Positions 37,601-50,539 of a stretch of DNA of 64,000 bases are shown one piece after another. The stretch covers positions 1,216,762 to 1,280,761 of the forward strand of contig BFEA01000038.1 in the NCBI GenBank assembly GCA_003427395.1, written 5' to 3'. The notes beneath the pieces were generated by a model. It had not been told where the DNA came from and searched no databases. It saw only the letters and a program-made list of their open reading frames with translations. Position 1 is the stretch's first letter. Every line of letters begins with the position of its first letter. The DNA comes from Chara braunii (lineage: Eukaryota > Plantae > Charophyceae). Position numbers and translations under genes: made by a program.

Positions 37601-39265
37601 TGTTTCCCCCATTTCCCCGACCTCCCATACCCTTTGGTAGTATTCCCATAGGTCGAGGTTTAAGTCTGTCCACATGGCTTCCCAGAATTCCTTGGGAAAG
37701 CCGTCCATCCCTGGGGTTTTATCTTCCTTCATTTGAAGAAGTGCCGACCATATTTCATCTTTTGTTAATTTAGACTCGAGCTTGTTGCGCTGTTGGGGAG
37801 AGATATGACGGTCCATCGGGAGAAGAAAGTCCTGAATCTGACGGGTCCTGTGTCCCGCTTGTGGGACTTGGGAAGTGTATAGTCGTTTGAAAAAATTCCT
37901 CGTGATTACTGTGCAATGCGTTGTATCTGTGGCAATAGTATTGTTATCCTCTGGGTCAAAAAAGGCTTCAATGATAGTCCGCTGTGTCCGCACGGTGGCC
38001 ATGGAGAAAAAATGGGTGTCCATCGAGACTTCATAGGAGAGTTTAGCCATTTTCCCTCTGATCCTGATTCCTTGCCATCTATATTGGGCGTACTGTAGGA
38101 GACGGTCTTTGACATTTTGGATGGCGGTGATGAGTTGCTCTTTTTCCTGATCGGAATTAAGATGTCGCGAGTCTACCTGGTTTTCCAGGCGTAGGAGTTC
38201 GTCGTAGGCCGTCATTTCGTGATGTTGTCATAGGGCTGCTTTGGCTTTAGAAAATTCCTTGCACTTCCGGGTTAGGAAGATCAGGCCGTTGTTAAACCAT
38301 TCGAGGTAAGATCCGAATAAATGTTTTTGTTGGCGCCAAAAATTACATTCTTGGCGGATCATTTGTGGGAATGATGGGTCTTTAAGTAAGGAGGTGTTCA
38401 GTTTGTAGAACCTAGGCCCTTGATCAGGCCTTTTCCTCATCGTTAGTACTATGCCACAAGTCTTGTGGTCAAGCCCTGGGTGCGGGCTACGAGGGAGTAT
38501 TAACGACCACCGGAAGGCGCCCTCTAGATCATCAGACAACTAAATAAGATCTATTCTGGATTTAGAAAGGCGTGCCGGGTCGCTGTCTCGGATGCATGTG
38601 AATGTTCTGGATTGAGGGTGCAGACGTCGGAATGTATCAAAGACAGAAAGAGCCTTGCAGAGATCTGCTAACATCTGCTCATCTTCTACTGCCGCGAAAG
38701 AGGGGGATTCGTGGGGATTCCATCTGTCAAGGCTTCTATTGGGTGTTGCATTAAAGTCCCCGGCGATTATTAAGGGTATACCTTCCAGGACTTGCGTTCC
38801 CATCGTCCCCAAGAATTCTCGTCTGTCGCGGACTGAGTTTGGCGAATAAATGGAGAAGACACAGAGCAGTTATAGTTCTAACATTCCCAGGACCGAAACC
38901 CATCGCCCTCCCACTTCGTCTACTGCCCAGTGGACCGGTTGAAATCTAGAATTCGGGGGTATCCACATTGCGACTCCAGCCGAGCCTGGTCTGGGTGCGT
39001 GAGCTCTGATAGCAGTGTGGGGCCAGATCATCGTATAGACCCTATTATGCTCTGGGGTGTTCTGTAAATGAGTTTCCTGTATACAAATTATGTCTGGCCA
39101 CCGTCTCCCTCCTACCCCCCTGAGTTGATCCCAGATGGCTTGGTGTTTCTCTGGTTTGCTCGATGCCAGGCCGTTGACGTTGATGGAGCGTAAGTCGAGG
39201 TCGACAGCCTCCACACATTTCTTCCATACCGGATTCCTACAGTATAGTGTATCTAGATCCTCCAT
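34700..39265 (-). pseudogene. LINE ORF2: AP endonuclease, reverse transcriptase and C-terminal zinc finger (disrupted)
   Basis: APE: SINVNGL, CIQETH, GDFN, SRIDLI, DHK. RT: PGMDG, YRSITLL..YKILAK, DFEKAYD, RQGDPIAPYLF, FVDD. C-terminus: WCHRC..EHIF..C. 952-aa open stretch at 35357-38215. Confidence 0.95.
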
Positions 39266-39289
39266 TATCTTAAGATTCGTTCCCTGATT

Positions 39290-41900
39290 TCATGGTGGAC
39301 CCCTGGTCTCATAGCGGATGCCATTGCCTAACATCCCATCTGTCCGAAAGTAGAATTTTCTTCTGCACAATGTGACATAGGCATTTGCATATATCGTCCT
39401 CGGGCTAGTACTCACTAGTTTTTATCGTAGCGCACTGTAGATCCAAGAGGGCATTGTGGCAGTACCAGCCCAGGTTGGCAGATTTGTTGGATTTGAAAAG
39501 CAGGTAGAGGTCATTCTTAGCCATCTGCTCACTGCTTGTCCCAACAAACCACATGCCTGCTCTGGCCCCAGGGGCGTAGTGTTTGGGGATAAAGTCGGAC
39601 ATTTGGTTGGTAAAGGCTATGTCCCATTCCCTCCGATCTCCTCCCTGAGGCGCGAAGTCCCAGCCGTGTAGCGTCACTCCCCCGTATTTCCCCACCGGGG
39701 AGAGGCCTAACTCCTATTTCTTATCTACCTTTCTGAGGGGGACCACCATGACTCCACTTAGTTTAGATGCAGGCAGCTCGAAAAGGCCCGGTTCTATGAG
39801 CTGCCTTAGCTTAAGTCTGCGTGAAGTCATTCCTTCCTCAGTTACTTCCCTTCCCTTGGCCTCTGGGACGTGAGTCTTCTGTGTTGGATGATGGGCCACT
39901 GGGGGATGGAATCTACTCGGGGCCACGGCCATTATTCGCTGGAAGGCCTCTGCCCATGTCAGATGGGGGGGAGGTCCGGTCGTTAATGCGGTTCTTAGTG
40001 ATGGACTATTGTTCAGGAGCCCCACCAACTCGGCATACGTTTTGTCTCAGTATTCCTCCCCCTCATATGGGCAATTCGACTGGAGGTGCTTAAGTATCCA
40101 GATGACCACCACTTGGATTTTCTGGTCTAATCCCATCTCTTGTGGGGGGGCGTCCGGGTCAGCAGGGGCTTGGCTGGAGTTTTCCATTTCCACGTCGGGG
40201 GGGGGGGGAGATGTGTCCACCTCCATCTGTTGTGCCCCAAAGGCGTCAGAGCATAAGTCATAGGGGAGCGATCTCACTTCTTCTGGTTTGGATTGTTGAT
40301 GTTGTTGTTGCCGTTCTTGTTCCGGTTGATCTGCTTGGGGTTGGGGCGGTCGCTGCTCTTGATCCGGCTGACCGGACCCTTGCTGAATTTCTGTTGTGTG
40401 CAGTGGCTGTATTTGTTGTGTCTTCTCTCTCGCTTGCTGCTTCAGCCGCATACCCTGATGGCCTCCGCGTACCTTTCATACTCCGGTAACTTCTCCTTGT
40501 CGGCCACTTCCCTAACTTTTCCGTTTATCCCCCCTTCCCCTGAGGTTGCCATGTGCACCATGTTTGCAAGTGGTGTCCTAGTTGGGGCATCGTGGTTGTT
40601 TGAATTTTCTTTGGGCGGAACGGTTTGAAGAAGCTGCCCAGGCCCAGGCGCTCGGTCACAGTTTGGAGCCCCCTCCCTCCCTTCGGTATGGTTAGGCTCT
40701 TTGGGGGCCCCATCCGAGTGATCACGGACCTGTTCTTTCCCTTTATGCTCCTTCGGGGGCACAACCTGGAGTTCCTGCCCCGGCACCCCTTGCCCTTCCT
40801 CCCCTTGTCCCTCCTCCCCGTCCTCCAGACATGCGAAGCAGTTGTGGTTGTCCAGGGTGCCCACTCCTTTTCCTTCTGCGGTTTTCTGCACGCCATCCTT
40901 CTTCTTTCCTCCCACGACCTCCCAGACCCCTTGCTTTTTAGCCTTGGTAGGGGGATTTTTTAGGTGCACCTCCAGGGGTTTGGGCGGGGTCCAGGTTGCT
41001 GGTGGCTGAGACCCCGGGCGCGGGTCACCTTGTCCTTCCCAGGACCAACCCGTCACCTTCTCATCTTTTCCATTCCCACAAGGTGTGTCAATGTAGACCC
41101 ACCCTTCGTGCCCAGGATCAACTGTCTGCCACTTAATATCGTCAAAGGGGTCCTTTTTGAGGCGCCTTGTGGGCCTAGCAATGCGTGAGGGGTGGCGGGA
41201 GCAGATTGTGTCTGTGTACAAGTGGCCGTAGGCCTGGCATTTCACACACCATGGTCTGAGCTTGTGGACGGTGTGGATCCGATAAAGTTTCCCCCCAACA
41301 CTGAATGGGATGACGTCATCGATTGAGAAGACGTGCTCGTCAGCTAGATTAATGGCTAGCATTAGGTGGTCGTCTCTTCGCGCCACGTGGGGGGGAAGTG
41401 GATTAATAAAATCTACCACATCGTATTTCTCCGCGAATTCCTGGACGAATGCGGCTTGAATCTCGATCGGAATGTGGCGGAATTCGACCCAGAAGTGCTC
41501 CTTCATCATCTGTTCCCTGCGTTCCTCCGTCCGCTAAGGCTTCGGAGGAGCCCAGGGGTAGATGCGGACTTCTGATCTGTCGCAGCGGAGGGATCTCCAT
41601 TTGTCCATAATTTTTTTGTCCTCCTCCTCTTCACAAAGAACGGTGATGACCAAGGTGGACACAGGTTGGATCAGGAACAATTCTCGCGCGTTTGTTTGCA
41701 ATCCTTTGAATGTCGTTAACCGCTCCCTGATCCAACTCACTTTATCATTCGTTGACTTGTATGATGCATCATCGTGGAACGCCTAGTTGCTTGCGTGGCG
41801 AGCATACAGTTCGTCTCTTGTTTTAACAGCACTACCTGGCTAGGACTTCTTTTGATGAAAAAGCAGACTTTGCCTTCCTTGGATCTTAAAGTGGAGTCTT
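39290..41900 (-). pseudogene. LINE ORF1 (RRM-like region, zinc knuckle, long low-complexity linker, extra C-terminal region), disrupted
   Basis: FWVEFRHIPIE and WCVKCQAYGHLYTDTIC are typical of L1/Tx1 ORF1; lies upstream of the APE domain. Confidence 0.75.
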
Positions 41901-41949
41901 CCAGATGCTAAGGATGGGACACAGGGGATAAGGTTGGCAGGGTAAAGGT

Positions 41950-42490
41950 GGGAGAGGTGTCTGGTAGCGGAGGTGGCAGGGGAGGGGGAAAGGGAGCAGG
42001 AGCGGGCCGCGGCGATGGACACAAATTGGGACACCGTGACGATGGAGGAGGAGGAGGGTAACGTAGGGACGGAGGGGGGGGAGGAGGAGTGGCCAGGGGA
42101 GGTGACAGGGCAGAGGTGGGGAGCGTGGGGGGGTTGGGGGGAGGAACGGACGGAAGTGGACGGTCAGCTTGTGCAAGCGGGATGTGCTGGGGTTGGGATT
42201 CCATGTCCCCTGCGACGGGCGAGAATTGTGAAGGTAGATTCTGGCCGTTAGTTGGTTGTGCCCGAGGACAGTGGGTGCCCGGGGATGGGACCATCATGGG
42301 AGCTCCCTCCATTAGTCGGCGAAAGGCGGATCACGGTGGCCATTTCCACCTATGATTATCCTGCCACCAGGGTTTCCATTGTAGGTGTAGGGTGTCGTCT
42401 ACCTTTGCAATCTGCCTACCTGGATCTAGCCATGTGTGTTGAAAGGTGGTTAACTGCTCGTCCCTTTGTGCCTGGTCCGCCTGGTAGAGA
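41950..42490 (-). pseudogene. Short 3'-end copy of the LINE family found at 45385-46255
   Basis: 42175-42468 is similar to 45465-45748; both encode QRDEQLTT.QHT..DPGRQI..V.DTL.LQWKPWW followed by a Pro/C-rich tract. Confidence 0.75.
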
Positions 42491-42529
42491 GATGTGGGAA
42501 TGCCTGGGGGGGGGATTTCGCGGGACAAT

Positions 42530-45339
42530 CAAGGGTACCTATCGAACGGTCTTCAGGCGGTGGGTTTGTATCCTCCATCACAACGCTACCACCTGTATCC
42601 AAGTCAAAAGGGAGTCTGGCGCCGCCCCTAAAATTAGAACGTTTGGTCCATCAGGGTGACCCGATCGCCCCCTTTTTGTTCCTAATTATTATGGAGGCTA
42701 TGGCCTCCAACCTGCGGGCTCACAAGAATATTACCAAAATTCAAATTGCACAAATACCGGAAGAGGCCATTCCTATTTAACTGCCATTTCATCAAAATGG
42801 ACATCTTTTATTTTTTGAAAGAAATTGAAACCGAGTTTTTTGGCCGAAAACTCGTCAAAATTTGTTGTTCCTGAGGGTCCAACGTTTTACAAACGCCGGA
42901 CCCCCTGGCTGTACATGGACCTAGCTTGAGACCAGGCACCTCCAGGCTGTCCTGCCTGGAGGTGCCTTGTCTCAAGCTAGGTCCATGTACAGCCAGGGGG
43001 ACCCTCAGGAACAACAAATTTTGACGAGTTTTCGACCAAAAAACTCAGTTTCAATTTCGTTCAAAAAATAAATAATGTCCATTTTGATGAAATGGTCGTT
43101 ATTTGTTCCCTATTTGCAGATGACCTCACAATCATGATAGAGGCCACTCACGGTAACCTAAAGGAAATCCAGAAAATGATGGAAAAATTTGCAATGGTCT
43201 CCGACATGACGGTGAACTGGGGGAGCAAGGCGCAAGGATGGTAGATACACTATCCGAGGGGACGTCCCCCAGATTCACCACAAGTTGCATGGAAGCCACT
43301 GGATGCTCCGCTAAGAATCATACGAGTATCCATGACAGCAGTGGGATGCCCACCAACAAATGATGAATGGATAAGCTCTCCCGCAGTGCAAAAACTCTGC
43401 AACTGGAAAAATAGGCATACCTCTCTTTTTGGTCGAGCACTGGTTATCAATAATGTTGTCTACGCAGCCTTGTGGTACAAGTCGGTGCTCTGGCCACTTA
43501 GTAAAGGAGCGTTGAGGAGACTTAGAAGAAAGGCAACAAGCTTCCTGTGGAAAGGGGATAATGAGAACAGTAAGGTCATTTGCAAGGTAGCGTGGAACTT
43601 AATTATCCAGCCCAAATCCCAGGGGGGTCTGGGGATCATAGACCCCACCACACAGACTCAGGCATTGCAAGTGCAATGGGTGAAAAAATTGATCTTCACA
43701 CCCTACAGTCCGTGGTGCATAATGGCCCTCGAGCACCTGGCCCGCCTTGCCCCAGCCGCCCCGCAAGGGGTACACCCACTGACCTAGCTAGAGGACCGCT
43801 CTTGGATAATCCCATGCAAAATCCCATGGAAAGACAGAGATTTGGAAGAGGAGGATCAGTCGGGGGACACTTTTTTGCCATCCCCACTGTCCGTATGGAG
43901 GAGGCTTCCGCTCCCTAACAAAACCATCCCCGACCGTTGGGAAGAGGTATTTTGACAACCTTTGTTCGAGAACCGATGGTTGACAGATAAACAGGGCTAC
44001 ATCAAGTCGAGTTCAGCCTCACCATGGAAAAGTTGGGTTAAGCGCGGAGTGCTCAGGATAGGGGATTTGTGGGACCAAGAAAGACAAGATTGGAAAACAG
44101 CACAACAGTTACGGGAAACTTTGCTTTATTGCCACCATGTGGAAGAGCACTTGAACGATCTGATCGAGACTGTTCCACTGGCACGGTACCAAGTCCTCAA
44201 ACACGGGTCGTCCTTCGGGGAGGGAGATTGGGTAGCGACCAAAGAGGTACCCCTACGAATTGGTCAGATTCATATGGTAGCCCCCTGAATGGTCCTGGTG
44301 GAATTCTATGCGAGTACACGGACAGGAATACTAGAAGGAAGCACGACCCCTTTCGAATGGATAAAAAAATTTGTAGTTTATCAAATACGAGTCATGGAAG
44401 GGGGCGGGGAGAGGGTGGCTTATCAACTGCAATGGGCAGTTCAGGAATTGGCCCTGGACCCAGAGGAATGAACTTGGTTGCTCCCTCAGAGAAAAGGGGG
44501 GGGTGCAACAGGCCATATAACCCTTCACCGACTGTCCGTCAAATCCACCTACAGAATGCTCAGGGGCAAGAAGAATTTAAGGGACGTGGTTATAGATCGT
44601 TGGGCCCGTTAGTTAAATGTCGACCGCTCCCTCGTGTTGCCGATACGTTGGTTTAGGGGCAAAAAATCTAAACCTGCGAAAATTTTCTCCTTACAATGGC
44701 AGATAGCACACCGTTGCTTGCCCACAAACGACTGGTTAATAGACCACACAAATCTGGAGCAGCGGGGGTTGGCGCTCCATGGTGTAAACGATGTCTACAT
44801 ATGTTCCCCTCCCACAAGAAGGTGGAGACTATTGAGCATATTTTCATACAATGCCCAGTAGCCCAGTTTATGTGGCGGTGGTGGGACCAGGTCTGGCGAA
44901 AGATGGTGACTGAAATCCCCTGACCATGGTCATGGTGGGCCATTCTGGTAGGTCATTGGCTCTTGGAAGGAGAAGGTTCGGCCTTTGTAGAGAACATGTT
45001 CTGGCTAGGTAGACGGGCAGTGATGTGGGCTCTCTGGTGGCAGAGGTGCGTTCTGGCTCTGGAAGAGGTGAGCCTGGTGAGGATAGAAGGGGGGGAAATC
45101 ATCGAACAGATTCAACAACAGATACAACTAACACTCTTAAGAAGTTGGTCTGACACGAAATCACAACTAGATCTTTTCACACAAACCACTGACATTAGGA
45201 GAGTGATTACAACATTTTTCATGGATTGGTTGGGCGGCGAAAGGGAAGGATGGGTAACAAAGGTCAATTGGGGAGGGGAAAGGGACGGAGCCCCAGCCCC
45301 GCCCCCACATCCCCTCGCCCTGGCAGACAGCCCCCCTCA
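42530..45339 (+). pseudogene. 5'-truncated L1/Tx1-like LINE ORF2 (RT to C-terminus)
   Basis: HQGDPIAPFLF, CSLFADD, SLFGRALVINNV, KSQGGLGIID, QWQIAHRCLPTNDW, ETIEHIFIQCP; stops and frameshifts. Confidence 0.92.
42779..43100. mobile_element. Almost wholly palindromic MITE (322 bp), 4-bp TSD ATTT, inserted in the LINE RT
   Basis: AACTGCCATTTCATCAAAATGGACAT...ATGTCCATTTTGATGAAATGGTCGTT; removing it and one ATTT restores IPI-CSLFADD. Confidence 0.92.
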
Positions 45340-45384
45340 NNNNNNNNNNNNNNNNNNNNNNNNNNNNNNNNNNNNNNNNNNNNN

Positions 45385-46255
45385 NGGGGGGGGGGGGGGG
45401 GGGGGGGGAGGGGGACGGGAGGGGGGGGGGCTACGGGCGGAATTGTGAGGGTTAGGTTTTGCAAGCCGGATGTGCTGGGATTGAGGTTCCATGTCCCCTG
45501 CGTCGGGCGGGAATTGTTGAGGTAGATTCTGACCATTAATTGGTTGTGTCCGAGGACAGTGAATGCCCTGGGGGGGGACCATCATGGGAGCTCCCTCCAC
45601 CGGTCGCGCTCGCCATTTCCACCTGTAAGTATCATGCCACCAGGGTTTCCATTGTAGTTGTAGGGTGTCGTTTACCTCTTCAATCTGCCTCCCTGGATCT
45701 AGCAATGTGCAATGTGTGTTGACAGGTGGTTAGCTGCTCGTCCCTTTGACCCCAGTCCGTTATTGTTGCCAAGGAGTCCTTTAGTTGCAGCCAGGTTTTT
45801 TGGATGTCATGTGTTATTGTATCTACTATATGTTATCTTGCTTGGAGGTAGCCAAAGGTGGGTTCTTTCCTTTCGTGGGAGCACCAGGCACGCCAGGTTG
45901 TCATGAGCACCTCCAACCTAGTGTATTTAAAGAGGTTAAGGTGAAACAGTGACCACATTGTTGGTATCTTCTTCGCTAGTCCTAGTAGGAGCAGTGTCGG
46001 ATCCCATGGGAGTTCGTCAGAGGTGAGGCAGTGCTAGGCTGCGCTCCACCACTGCCAAATATGTTGGGCCATTAGGCAATAAAGCAAGCAATGTTCTAAG
46101 TCTGCTATGTGCTGCTGGGACGAAGAGCCACAGTAGGAGCAGATGGGTGAGAGTATCCCTTTCTGTTCTAATTGTAACCTCGACATTACCCAGTCCAGTG
46201 TGGGCAGACAGCAGTAAACGATTTGCCACCGTAGGGCCCGTTGTGCTGTTGGCGT
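45385..46255 (-). pseudogene. LINE ORF2 C-terminus/3' end; left half of the LTR element's target
   Basis: TPTAQRALRWQIVYCCLPT..CSYC..LEHCLLYC; in frame with 59609-59873 once the LTR element and one TSD are removed. Confidence 0.85.
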
Positions 46256-47256
46256 TGTGACGAACTACTTTCCGTAAGGCGCCATCTTCTGCGCAACCGC
46301 GATTGGGGGTACACAGAGGGATCGGGGATAAATTGCATGGCGGTCCCTCCTTGATTTTTCAAAGTTTTCTCCTTGGTCCTTCGGGGGAGAGAAAGTGGCG
46401 GGTATGGACCTTGGGACAGTAGGCCCGCGCCTTAGCAAGCGCGGGGGGGGGGGAACAACCTCGACTATGGCCTTTTTCTCTTTTCTTTTCTTTTCTTTTC
46501 TTTTCAAATAAGGCGTCCGTCTTTTTGGCACGATAATCGCGCGGGTAATTCTTTCGTAATTTTTAAATTTAGAACGAGCCCATGCGGGCTCTCGGAATTT
46601 CTTTTTGTAATTAGGACTTTAAGTAGGCTGGGAAATTGGGCGTGTCAGAATTTTTGCTCGTAACTACACATCGCCTCTTGCTTGCGCGCGCGCTTCGCTG
46701 CACAGGGACCTGCGCTCTGTTCCCACCTCGCCTAAATTCTAATCTCAACTGTAATCTCTTCTTGTTCCTTCCCCGCTACGCAGGAGTAACTGTAATCTTC
46801 CCCGTTCTTGAAATTCCCTTCCCGCATCACTGCATGCGCACTCTACATCCTATCTCATTGGCTGGATCGTTGCATGGTTGGATCGAAGCGTGGAGTGAGG
46901 CTACGTCCCCCACGCCGCGGCCCGGTCATGCACTCGTAGGCATTTTCTTTCTCCCTTCTTTCATGTTCCTCTGGCAATCCCGACTATTGCGCACTTATTA
47001 GCAAGCTATAAATTCTGCAAGCGCGATTAATTTTCTCTCTAATCTACTTGGGAGTTAGCGTGGTCGAGAGGATCAGCTAACATGCAGAAAGACGGTGAGT
47101 AGAGAGTTAGGCGATCTGACGAGCCGGTGCTGAGTGCGCGGGGTTGACGTGTGGCTGCGAGGGACTGTGGCACGTGGGCGAACCTGACTTGCACGCTCAG
47201 GCTAAGCGGGGTGACGACTTTGTGAGGTCTTTGGGATGCGCGATGACGGACTGCCC

Positions 47257-47324
<68 letters not shown>

Positions 47325-48773
47325 GAGGGATATGGTGGCACAATGTCTTTTCCTCCCTCCCTTCTGTATAAATTTTGATTCCAACGTTGGCCAATTTTGT
47401 TGCGGCACTTTTCAGATTTCATGTGTGAATCTTCTCAGATCTCTTTGTTGGAATGCATGTATGTATGTATGGTGACGAACGATCTCGCATTCTTTCTCCC
47501 AAGTTGTCTTTGCTTTTCCATTTTTTTTCGTTCAGTAGATTAGCGTGGTTTCAACTTCGTCGCTTTTTCGACATTCGGCATCGGAGTGCATGTATCGATC
47601 TACGAGTCTGAGTTCTCTCAGGTCTGGTCGGTGCGCTCACTGCGCGGGATCAGCCCAATCACTTGCGTTCGACCTGTGTAACAGATTACGGGAATGACTG
47701 GGAATGTATGTCTGCTCTTCGAATGTTTGATGACCCTTTCCTTTTATGCATAAAAGTATAACCAGGGAGGGGCTGTTCTGGGAACGGGGTTGCATGCATA
47801 ATCGGACCAGTGTGCCAATAGATCGCTCCGCCATTGGGATGCGCAGCTTAGGACTTAACTAGTTGGCCAATGCGTACGCGCATAGGAGACAACAATCCAT
47901 CAACAGATTTGCCATCTACACGCACGCATGCAGGGGCTAGTTATGATCCCGCCACGTAGGAATGATGTGTGTGAGTGAGTCCCATTGATCCGAATATGGC
48001 GATCGAAACTCCTTGTTGGATTACCGACTGCGAAAGCCTGAGAGATCCCTAGTACAGGATATATTGGGAAAGGGAACAGATTTGACGACAACGAGTCCGA
48101 CAGCAACGGATCAGGCGGCAACAAAACTTGCGGAACCTTGATTACCCCTGTCGAACTGAACACGAGCGACTGTGTAGGGGCGATTTCCAGTTGGCAATCA
48201 ACCGGGACTCCCGAATTCCTGAGTATCCCGACAGTAGACACCAGCAATACGTTATCAGCCCAGGCTACATCGCTATCACGACTAATTTCCCTCCCCATTA
48301 CATTGTCCTCAAGTATCACCGATTGCTAGTTACCCCCTAGGATTCCATATCCCGATTCTGGCCCCGGCCTCCGTGCCCAGAGTGCCAGCAGCCCAACGAG
48401 TGCGAACAGACGGAGGCCACGCCTCAGACTCCTCCCCGGAGAGAACAGCGAGAACCCAACTCGTCCTCCTCATCAGACTCTGACTCTGAGTTCTGCGTCG
48501 GACGATAGAGGTACGAGCATTCCCACAGCGACGCCCGCAACACCTCGTTCGTACACCCGACTCTTTCCCAGCCCCGGCCGCAGAAACGGCGCCCACCCCA
48601 ACTCTGAGCTAGAGGAACCACTTGCACTTCTACCCCTGAAACTTGACACAGGAGATTCCAGTCCCGACCTGGAACTCCACCCCCCCCACTTTCCAAAAAT
48701 CCTTGGCACACCCCTTTTCGGACTTCCAGACCCACTAAAACTCCGAAACAGGAAGTCGCGCTGGGCGTGAGGT
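46256..48773 (+). repeat. 5' LTR (lacks terminal GCGTCACA); (GA)n at 47262-47322
   Basis: Collinear with 57070-59600. Confidence 0.93.
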
Positions 48774-48785
48774 TGGTATTGGAGC
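48774..48785 (+). promoter_or_regulatory. Primer-binding site, tRNA-iMet-like
   Basis: TGGTATTGGAGC vs canonical TGGTATCAGAGC; both differences are G-U wobble compatible; followed by the palindrome TGACACGTGTCA (48786-48797). Confidence 0.7.
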
Positions 48786-48901
48786 TGACACGTGTCAAGA
48801 CAAGGGATTGACAAGTTGCTCGACTCTCTAGTTCAACCGATCTGGCAACCCCAAAACGGGGATGGTCTGCGCAAAGGAATGCATCAGCACGCGAACCTGT
48901 A

Positions 48902-50020
48902 GTGACAAGAAGCAGGTCTGCGGGCAGATCGGCAGACAACATTAATGCTAATCAGGCAAACACCAATCAGGCCCAAGCCAATCAAGCACAGGGCGGGGCA
49001 GGGGGCGGCCTGGGGCCTGCGCCTCAGCCCGTGCCTCAGCCTGCACGTGCCCGCGCTCCAGCAGCCCCGCCCGATCTATATTTATTCGATCCAACGCACC
49101 ACCTGGCAGGAGCATGGCTTGCCACGCTCCGAGCGCAGCAGTACGATTATGATGAAGCTAGGATTAACATCCCAGCCCGACTAGGAGGCGACGCCTATCA
49201 TTGGTTCAACACCTATGTATGGACCGACCTTCCTACCTTCGAGAGGAACTTCCTACACCGATTTGATTACATACATCCAGAGCAAGCATTCTTTATGATC
49301 AAAGACCGAGTGCAGAAGCCACTCAAGTCTATTGCGGAATACCGTAGTCGGTTCTATCGACTGTTCGTAAAATCTCAGAGAGACGAAAAGGTAGGAAGAT
49401 AATTCTTCATAGATGGACTTCGAAGTAGAGCTATACGGGCTAAGATATGAAAACAGTTCTCCCCCATCACCTTCACCCTGACACAAATCATGGACGCAAC
49501 AGAAGAGATGGAGCGAAAATTCGTTGCCAGCTTCCTCGAGGGAGAAGATCGCGCTAAAGAAGGTGACTCTACGGAACTGACCCGCCCAAGGATGAAATTA
49601 ACAGCCTTGCAACATAAGTTCGAAAATATGGGCTTCGTGTCAGGCCCTGTCACCTACCTAGAACAAGTGGCAGCCCTACGGCGCCCTCTTGATCAGGGAG
49701 TAGGACCATCGACACCCAAGGCGGCTGCACAGACACCCGCTCCGGCGCGGAAGATGGAGGAGTCGAACACGTGCTGGACCTTACACGTACGCTGGTTAGC
49801 CTCATGCAAGAAAGCAAAAAAGAACAGCGCGAGTACAATGCCCGCATGGAATCGCTGATGCGTTCCATGCGTCTCATTAACGTTCGTGCTGCCTCTTTTT
49901 CCACCCAAGCATCTGCTACCGCGGCCGCGGGAGCTGGCGCAGGCACGACCCCTAGGACTGACAAGTGTTACGCCTGCCATCAATCCAGCCATATGACCCG
50001 GGATTGCCCCCAGCGACAAG
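48902..50020 (+). pseudogene. gag: gag (capsid-like region and CCHC zinc knuckle), disrupted
   Basis: LGGDAYHWF..FERNFLHRF..SIAEYRSRF; CYACHQSSHMTRDC. Confidence 0.85.
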
Positions 50021-50539
50021 TAAGAATAGGGGCAGCCCCGGCAGCTGTAGCTCCCTTAACTAACGTGCCTGGACGGGTAGGAACCATAGTAGAAGAAACG
50101 GACGTGGCAGCACCAAGCACAGGGGTAATCGACGAAGCTGCAGAGCTCATCCCACTGGATCAATTCCTCTCCTTGGGATATCCGGGGCTTAGGATGATAG
50201 GGGCAATCCAGCCCGCAGACGATGAGCGAGAGATTTCAGAATGGCGACCATCCCCTGGGGAGATGGAATCCGGCGGTCCTGAGTTCATCACCGGGAAGAT
50301 CGATGTTCTGGACATCGTCCGAGCCTTATATCACCGCCTTCCGCTTCCGATCGGCCATCTGTTGTCTATATCAGAACAGGCCAATGATCGCATGCTCCAG
50401 CATTGCAAGGCCAATCGAAAACGATTCGCACTCTCCAAGCTGGCAACAGCCAAGGGGAAGGCTCTCGTAAAGGATACAAAAGTCGGAAACACCTGGACCC
50501 TAAGAGCCTGTACGCCTGGGACTTTTCCACTACCCCGTG

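Larger units (their letters stand above)
34121..41950 (-). mobile_element. Near full-length decayed L1/Tx1-like LINE (ORF1, APE-RT-zf ORF2, repetitive 3' UTR running into a gap)
   Basis: Domain order ORF1(CCHC)-APE-RT-CCHC; partial conserved 3' motif at 34298-34332. Confidence 0.92.
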
